Assembly: GCA_041660305.1 (NCBI GenBank)
Contig: JBAZWO010000001.1
Span: 113,909-177,908 of the forward strand
Length of the DNA: 64,000 bases
Origin: Patescibacteria group bacterium
GTDB taxonomy: Bacteria; Patescibacteriota; Patescibacteriia; UBA9570
Direction: 5' to 3'
Positions within the stretch are counted from its first letter, which is position 1; every line of letters starts with the position of its first letter. The notes under the pieces were generated by a model. That model saw only the letters and a program-made list of their open reading frames with translations, was not told where the DNA came from and ran no database searches. Below, piece after piece: positions 57,960-64,000 of the stretch. The position numbers and the translations under genes are program-made.

Positions 57960-58198
57960 CACCTTCTCCTATTTCGTGCCATTCTGTAACAAAAAAGCAT
58001 CGAGCGCGGCACGGACGCTGCGACGCTTTACGAACAACGAAAAATTTTGTTCAAAACAAATGAATAAGGTTTATAAATATATAACAAAAAAATGACTATA
58101 AACATCATTCCTCTATCTTCAAATTATATGTAAAAGAGCAATTGTTACATATAAATTGTAACGCATCACCTTAACTAATTTTTTGGTTTTTGTCAATA

Positions 58199-59692
58199 CT
58201 ACTTGTAAACACCCGTGCTCTCTTCTACATCCTCATCATTGACTGGCCGTTTTCTGAATAAGATAAAATTATCTGTCGCTTTAGCATACGTGTTGGCTGT
58301 TTTTTGTACTGCTTCTAAATAGGCAATTTTTTCTAGTAGTGCAGTATGGTTTGCTCCAGCTGGCATTGTTTTTTCTTGATCTTTTAAGGCTTGGGTTCGG
58401 CTAATTAATTTTTTATTTTCGGCAATGTCTTTAAAATAAGCGCGCAATGATTCTACGCCAGCCACCATGGCGGCTTCTTGTTCTCCTAAAAGCGCATAAG
58501 CTAAGCCGTAGCTTTTGGCAAATCCAAAGGCTAAAGACACCGGCAAGGGGGTATTGTAAGCAATGGCCACATCTAAGTTTACATTTTGGTCGCACATGGC
58601 TCGCTTAGTAAATGGAGCAGACCAACAAGACATTATTATTGCTGCCCTTAAGTTAGGGTTAACTTCAGTAGCTCGTTTTAAGTAATTTGTTACTTGTTGA
58701 TCAGATAACACAATTCTGCCAGTTTTTGCAGGAGCGTAACCAACCTCTATGCCACGCACTTCTTCCGTGTCGGCATAATCAATTTTTTGTGCCGTAACTA
58801 CAAAAGAACCGGTTACTACTCTATCGCCAGAGTTTACGGTTTGCATAATTGTTTTAGTTTTTAAATCAAGCGTATCTCCTAACGTGCCGTGAGCACAAAG
58901 AAAAATCGTTTCTGCGCCTGGATTTTCTTTAATTGCTGAAGTCATTTCTCCAATTTGTACTCGCTCATGAATAGATACAACCGGAGGGTGAGATAATCGT
59001 TGCAAGCCTTCTTGTAAAACATGCGCTATGCCCGTACCTTCTTCGGCCATAACTAAAGCAACAATTGGCTTGAGTTCACTTGTTGTTGCAGTTGTTAAAT
59101 CAGATTTTTCTGTAAAACCTAATTCAGCTGAAGCTACTGCAACCTGTTGATCTGCTTGCTGAGTAAAATCGGTAGCTGTTTTAGCGGCAGCTACAATGCG
59201 TTGTTCTTTTTGTAGATCATTTGATTGATCATTTGATGCTTCCCCTCTATAAACATCTTCTTCCGCTTGATTTTGATCATCAATCGACAAAATTGCTAGA
59301 TCAGCTTCCGTAGCTTTTGTTTTAGCTAAAAAATATTGTTCACGTTCATTATCGGACAATTCATTAACAATCACTGAAGTGCGCATATCAAATAAGCGCA
59401 ATAATTTTTTCAGATGGGTTCGTGCCCATTCGGCTATTTCTTGTTTTTTTAGCTTATCATTCCGATCGTTATTAAATGTTCTTAAATCAACCTTAAGGTC
59501 GGTAGCGTTTGCTGAGGCTTGGGTAAAAACATCTGTTATTTCCGCATCGATAGCAATAATTTTTTCTTGCGGAGTTTTCGCCTTTTCAAGAGCATATTCT
59601 AAAAGGATTCTTCCTCTTACTCCATCCCTACTATTATTATTTGGTTCTTTATTGTCATGAGACATAGATATAATTTTGCTTAAAAATAGCAC
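58199..59692 (-). CDS. hypothetical protein with possible caspase/CHAT-like His-Cys dyad
   Basis: ETIFLCAHGTLGD (His) and RAAIIMSCWSAP (Cys) in a beta/alpha context, with a long acidic N-terminal region. Confidence 0.3.
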   Translation of the reverse strand: MLFLSKIISMSHDNKEPNNNSRDGVRGRILLEYALEKAKTPQEKIIAIDAEITDVFTQASANATDLKVDLRTFNNDRNDKLKKQEIAEWARTHLKKLLRLFDMRTSVIVNELSDNEREQYFLAKTKATEADLAILSIDDQNQAEEDVYRGEASNDQSNDLQKEQRIVAAAKTATDFTQQADQQVAVASAELGFTEKSDLTTATTSELKPIVALVMAEEGTGIAHVLQEGLQRLSHPPVVSIHERVQIGEMTSAIKENPGAETIFLCAHGTLGDTLDLKTKTIMQTVNSGDRVVTGSFVVTAQKIDYADTEEVRGIEVGYAPAKTGRIVLSDQQVTNYLKRATEVNPNLRAAIIMSCWSAPFTKRAMCDQNVNLDVAIAYNTPLPVSLAFGFAKSYGLAYALLGEQEAAMVAGVESLRAYFKDIAENKKLISRTQALKDQEKTMPAGANHTALLEKIAYLEAVQKTANTYAKATDNFILFRKRPVNDEDVEESTGVYK

Positions 59693-59735
59693 AGATTACC
59701 GAAAAAATCAAGTACCTGATATAATCTGTGATTCT

Positions 59736-60419
59736 TTATTCCGGAATAATATTTATTATAAAAATAACTTTTTCTATAATATATAAACCAATTAAGCCAA
59801 ACATTAACAACCGGTATTTTAACCGCTGAAGCGGCACGGTAGTTTGTTTTATCCGTACGTGGCACCAGCGCGTGCCGGCAATGAGTATAAATAAATACGG
59901 AATAATAAGCAGGGCTAAAATTCTAGACATGACCAAAGAGCCGGCTTGAAAAACCAATGACGGCGTAAGAATAATAAATGGCCAAAACCACCGGTTATCC
60001 GCCGGATCCCACCACGCCAAAATGATATAAAGCCCGCCGATAACTAAACTAATTATTAATGAACTAGTAATAATGGGGTTAGTTTTTTTATTGATTATTT
60101 TTACCGGTTGATGCACTGTAGCTAATGCGTTATAACGCAGACTAAACAAGCTACCAAGGCTAGCTAAAATTAGATTAGGTATAATTATTAAACTCAAAAT
60201 CGGCCAGAGATTAAGCACATAGGCTAAAACGCATTGCGTGGCACCATAAATAATTAAAGAAATAATCAATTGCCAGAATCTATGGCTCTTAATCTTTCGC
60301 AACATAAAAAACCCAACGCCAGCTGGCACTAACAACATTGCAATTATCATCGCTCCATAAGTCAGTACTGTCGATTCTGCTTTAGCTAAAATACCGGCGA
60401 TTAAACCGTAAAAAAGCAT
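59736..60419 (-). CDS. hypothetical polytopic membrane protein
   Basis: Six or seven hydrophobic helices. Confidence 0.4.
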   Translation of the reverse strand: MLFYGLIAGILAKAESTVLTYGAMIIAMLLVPAGVGFFMLRKIKSHRFWQLIISLIIYGATQCVLAYVLNLWPILSLIIIPNLILASLGSLFSLRYNALATVHQPVKIINKKTNPIITSSLIISLVIGGLYIILAWWDPADNRWFWPFIILTPSLVFQAGSLVMSRILALLIIPYLFILIAGTRWCHVRIKQTTVPLQRLKYRLLMFGLIGLYIIEKVIFIINIIPE

Positions 60420-60534
60420 GTAACTTAAATCAGTAATAATTGCTCCGCCGCCGCCAATTATCCAGGCTTTGCGCCAATTTATATTAATTATATTAATAAA
60501 AAATTTGTTAATATTTTTTTAGTTTATGTGTTAT

Positions 60535-60993
60535 TTATCTTGGTCTTCTGCGGCGTGGTTTTGTTGCTTCATTATAAGCTGCTGTTAATGGCTGGCCAAC
60601 TTTACGTTCTAATTCGCTAGCTAATTTTTTATCCGGTTCAGCTAAAAATTTTTCAGGCTTTAATGGTTCATGTGTTCTTACAATACGCTTTTTTGATTCA
60701 CTAGGAGATGTTTTATCTATTGCTGGCCCCTGTTCTTCTTTTAAATAAATTCTTACTATATCAGTAAGCTGGTGTAAATTTGGGCCAACAGAATGGTAAC
60801 CCTTTTCAGCCAACTCAAAAATGTGTTTAACATGTTCATCTGATATATCTTCTAACGTTACTTTTGGTATTGGTTGATTACAATTACTACAGTCTACTTT
60901 ACCTAAATAAGCCGCTACAGCTGCTTCTGTCTTATCTGCATAATTATCAATATTATCTTGGTTACAACCCGGACAAACGCAAATTTCTATCAT
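60535..60993 (-). CDS. zinc-ribbon hypothetical protein
   Basis: CVCPGCNQ ... CSNCNQ and a basic C-terminus RRRRPR. Confidence 0.4.
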   Translation of the reverse strand: MIEICVCPGCNQDNIDNYADKTEAAVAAYLGKVDCSNCNQPIPKVTLEDISDEHVKHIFELAEKGYHSVGPNLHQLTDIVRIYLKEEQGPAIDKTSPSESKKRIVRTHEPLKPEKFLAEPDKKLASELERKVGQPLTAAYNEATKPRRRRPR

Positions 60994-61002
60994 ATTTTTT
61001 AA

Positions 61003-61058
61003 ATCATTCCCCCTCTCTCCTTAGAGGAGAGAGGGGGTAAGGGGGAGTGAGGTAGTTT
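61003..61058. repeat. family A repeat (short)
   Basis: ccccctctctccttagaggagagaggggg. Confidence 0.75.
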
Positions 61059-61665
61059 AACTCTGCAAATATCTTTTCAAATAAACTAATACTCCAGCTA
61101 ATAACCAACCGGCTACTAACCCGGCTCCGGCTACTAACCAAGGATTAAGTGGTTCATACACAATCACCGGCGTACTAGCTGTTAATGAAAATAAATTTTT
61201 ACCAGCTTCATTTTGTTGTGCGGCTACAGCATGTTCAGTTAATACTGTAGTCATGGCTTTTGCTAAAGTATCCGCTTCAGCTTGTTGATAACGACTAAAT
61301 TTAACGGTAAATTGTTGTGCAGAACCTTGATCGGCTCTAAATTGACTAGTAAACTTGGCTAAATTAGTAATATCATAGCCAACGTTAGCTTGCTGATAAA
61401 TTTGCTCAATCACACCAGCGCTATTTAACAAACTCATTAAATATTGAGTAAATAATTCCGCTCCTTTTAAATCATAGTAAGAACCATATTGATAATCGGC
61501 TGAAACCGGCCGATTCACTAAGCTTACTTCATAATCTACCACGGTCGTATAAATTGGCTGGCGTTGCTTTACTATCACAAAAGCCGCCACAGCCGTAATG
61601 ATACCGAAGCCGATAATAAACCAAGTAAATTTCTTTAAATATTGTAACTCTTGTTTTAATTCCAT
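61057..61665 (-). CDS. Wzz-like chain-length determinant protein
   Basis: N-terminal and C-terminal TM helices flank a periplasmic domain. Paralogous layout to 10141..10950. Confidence 0.5.
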   Translation of the reverse strand: MELKQELQYLKKFTWFIIGFGIITAVAAFVIVKQRQPIYTTVVDYEVSLVNRPVSADYQYGSYYDLKGAELFTQYLMSLLNSAGVIEQIYQQANVGYDITNLAKFTSQFRADQGSAQQFTVKFSRYQQAEADTLAKAMTTVLTEHAVAAQQNEAGKNLFSLTASTPVIVYEPLNPWLVAGAGLVAGWLLAGVLVYLKRYLQS

Positions 61666-61685
61666 AAAATTGATGAGCTTGAAAA

Positions 61686-62816
61686 TTAATTAATCAATAT
61701 ATTTTTTTTATACTCTTGATACGAGGTTGTAACATAAGCTTGTATACTGGCTTTGAATTTGGTTAATGAAAACTCTTCGGCGCGCGCTCCAATAGTTTGT
61801 GCATTGTATTGTTCTGGTTTAAAATGCATAATAGCATCGGCCAAATCTTCCCAAGTTTGTTCCGCAAAAAACTCTCCAGTAATGCCGGGCTGCACAATTT
61901 CCGTAGCACCACCGCGTTGATACGCTAACACCGGCCTACCACAAGCCATGGCCTCAATCATGGTGATACCAAAATCTTCCACCTGCGGATTAATAAACGC
62001 CAACGCTCCGCCGTATAATTTATTTAATTGCTCGCCAGACACTCGCCCAACAAATTCAATATTTGATTTAGCTAATCTTTTCAACGAATTTAATTCTGGG
62101 CCATCACCAAAAATTTTAATTGGCCGACCAATTCTGTTAAATGCCGCCACAATTAAATCAAATCGTTTGTACGCCACCATGCGCCCACCCGCTAAATAAT
62201 AATCTTGCGGCTGACCAATATTAAACTGCGCTGTATTTACTGGCGGATAAATAATGGTGCTGGATTTTTTATAATATTTTTGAATCCGGGTTTGCACTAA
62301 TTTTGAATTAGCAATATATTCATCCACCCGATCGGCGGCCATTTTATCCCAAATTCTGATGTTCGATAAAAAAAACGGTAATAACTTTTTTACTAGTCGA
62401 TTCACTCCCAACTCCTGCACATAACTATGCGTATCACTCCACAAATAACGCGTCGGCGTGTGACAATAACAAATATGTAACGTGTCCGGCCGAGTAATAA
62501 CGCCCTTAGCAAACGAGGCCGTGCTAGATAATACCACATCATAATCCATCAAATCGTAACTCTCTACGGCCGTTGGCATTAATGGAAAAAACCATTGATA
62601 ATGTGATACACCAAATGGCAGGTGTTGTAAAAAAGAAGTTTGTATATGGCGTTGCCTAAAAATAGGATTAGCTGACCGCACATCATGAACTAATACAAAC
62701 GTGGGCGCAGTTGGCCATATTTCCTGGAACGCCTGCAATACTTTTTCGGCGCCGCCATCCTGGGCTAAATGATCGTGTACTAAAGCAATTTTCATATAGT
62801 TAATATCATAACACAT
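61686..62816 (-). CDS. glycosyltransferase family 4
   Basis: MKIALVHDHLAQDGGAEKV N-terminus and GT4 C-terminal domain. Confidence 0.7.
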   Translation of the reverse strand: MCYDINYMKIALVHDHLAQDGGAEKVLQAFQEIWPTAPTFVLVHDVRSANPIFRQRHIQTSFLQHLPFGVSHYQWFFPLMPTAVESYDLMDYDVVLSSTASFAKGVITRPDTLHICYCHTPTRYLWSDTHSYVQELGVNRLVKKLLPFFLSNIRIWDKMAADRVDEYIANSKLVQTRIQKYYKKSSTIIYPPVNTAQFNIGQPQDYYLAGGRMVAYKRFDLIVAAFNRIGRPIKIFGDGPELNSLKRLAKSNIEFVGRVSGEQLNKLYGGALAFINPQVEDFGITMIEAMACGRPVLAYQRGGATEIVQPGITGEFFAEQTWEDLADAIMHFKPEQYNAQTIGARAEEFSLTKFKASIQAYVTTSYQEYKKNILIN

Positions 62817-64000
62817 TATAACGCTTCCCGTTCTTTAAACATCGCTAACGGCGTTTTAAACGAAATATACAAATCCAGCCAAATACTCCAATTTTCCATA
62901 TAATAGATATCCAAATTCACCTCTTCTTCAAAGTCTAAATCCGAGCGCCCAAAAATTTGCGCCAAGCCAGTAATACCCGGTTTCATATTTAAAACGATTT
63001 TATGCTGATCGGTATACTTAGCTACTTCCCGTGGTTGATGCGGCCGTGGCCCTATTATGCTCATTTGCCCTAATAATACATTGGCAAATTGTGGCAACTC
63101 ATCTAGTGAAGTACGCCGGATAAAGCGCCCTACTTTTGTTACGCGCGGATCATTTTTTATTTTGTATAATGGCCCCACTTTAATACTTTTTTCTGTAATT
63201 AATTGTTGTTCTAATTTTAAAGCTTCATTGGAACTATCAAACTGTTCGCCAATACAATATTGAGCAAACATGGAACGAAATTTATATGTGTCAAATGGCT
63301 TACCGTTTTCACCAATTCGGCGATTACGATAAATCACTGGGCCAGTAGATTCTATTTTTATAGCCAAAGCAATACCGGCTAATAACGGGCTAATTAATAT
63401 TAGAACAAAAGCTGAAAACACCAGGTCTAGGGAGCGTTTTACGATTCTGCCCCAGCCACGTAACGCAGTATTATGCACTTCTACAATCGGAATACCGGCT
63501 AGTGGCCGAATGGTCATGTTTGTAATTTGGGCATCAAACAAATCAGCGGCGTATTTAAATTGCAAATGATGCACTTTGCAAAACTGAATTAACTGATTGG
63601 CTTGGGCGCGCGTAAAATCCGGATCCGTGACAATTACTTCGTCTACTTGTTTTAGCTTGATAATTTTTTCTAATTTAGTGAACAAATCCATAGTAATTTT
63701 ATTGGCTCGCTCTACAACCCGTAAGCCTAATTGCGGATAACGGGTAATTGTATCATTTAACACCCGGGCGGTACGATTATCGCCAATTAATAATACTTGA
63801 TGGGCACCTAAACCACGTTTTAACAAAAACCGTTCAATTTGAATAACCGTAAAGCGCATCAGCGCTACTAACACAATGCTAATGGCCCAAGTAGTAAGAA
63901 TAATAAAACGTGAAGAAAATAATTCACGATTAAAAAATAAAAAAATAATTACAAACGTTATTCCCGTAGAACACGCTACAAATATTTTACGAAATTCATC
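62816..64000 (-). CDS. polyprenyl glycosylphosphotransferase (WbaP/bacterial sugar transferase family), 5'-partial at window edge
   Basis: C-terminal PF02397-type motifs (GPRPHQPREV ... GITGLAQI). The reading frame stays open through 64000 and encodes TM helices. Confidence 0.75.
   Translation of the reverse strand, partial: DEFRKIFVACSTGITFVIIFLFFNRELFSSRFIILTTWAISIVLVALMRFTVIQIERFLLKRGLGAHQVLLIGDNRTARVLNDTITRYPQLGLRVVERANKITMDLFTKLEKIIKLKQVDEVIVTDPDFTRAQANQLIQFCKVHHLQFKYAADLFDAQITNMTIRPLAGIPIVEVHNTALRGWGRIVKRSLDLVFSAFVLILISPLLAGIALAIKIESTGPVIYRNRRIGENGKPFDTYKFRSMFAQYCIGEQFDSSNEALKLEQQLITEKSIKVGPLYKIKNDPRVTKVGRFIRRTSLDELPQFANVLLGQMSIIGPRPHQPREVAKYTDQHKIVLNMKPGITGLAQIFGRSDLDFEEEVNLDIYYMENWSIWLDLYISFKTPLAMFKEREAL

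Noticed and set aside
1-64000. Search for tRNA, rRNA or tmRNA genes
   Set aside because: No T-loop-like GGTTCGAATCC/GTTCGAGTC motifs with matching acceptor stems were found outside coding regions. The GC-rich patches are explained by repeats or protein-coding islands, and there are no rRNA-like conserved stretches.

Overview
The window looks like an AT-rich (about 35% GC), small-genome bacterial chromosome segment of the CPR/Patescibacteria type. It uses the standard genetic code, has weak Shine-Dalgarno sites, a split transketolase and many tiny hypothetical genes. Almost every gene runs on the minus strand. I found no rRNA, tRNA or CRISPR array. The housekeeping core includes lgt, murB/C/G, ftsW, murJ, lepA, folC, rpiB, rpe, the split transketolase, an inositol monophosphatase (IMPase), a glycerate kinase, a D-2-hydroxyacid dehydrogenase, two DsbA-like proteins, and a surface-polysaccharide cluster (three GT4 enzymes, a WbaP-type sugar transferase, two Wzz-like proteins and a GT-C protein).

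Three GC-rich blocks (1-2400, about 5195-9048 and about 56880-58000) interrupt this background. The most striking is a 3.85-kb block flanked by about 17-bp imperfect inverted repeats. It carries a tightly coupled four-gene minus-strand operon with strong ribosome-binding sites: a protein with a C-terminal J-domain (HPD motif), a von Willebrand factor A (vWA) protein, a MotA/TolQ/ExbB-like four-helix membrane protein, and a MotB/OmpA-like protein. This is a stator-like module with partners unlike Zorya or Tol-Pal, and I rate it the best candidate for a novel system. It is separated from another GC-rich trio of membrane and secreted proteins (1-2320, including one with TonB-like topology) by an AT-rich segment. 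That segment is packed with HEPN/MNT toxin-antitoxin genes that share conserved upstream and downstream motifs.

The AT-rich core carries two repeat families. One is a GC-rich nested-palindromic MITE-like family with at least 13 copies and GACCTCATC/GATGAGGTC ends, which sometimes supplies start codons or protein termini. The other is a perfect 28-29-bp palindrome (GTAGAGACGC-core-GCGTCTCTAC) inserted in frame into lgt and a Wzz-like gene. Other notable features are a family of coiled-coil proteins with tandem heptad repeats whose two copies flank an ATP-grasp plus TrmB cassette as roughly 0.5-kb direct repeats, a 1625-aa glycine-zipper giant protein, a possible caspase/CHAT-like protein, and an orphan plus-strand terminator that may mark a small RNA.
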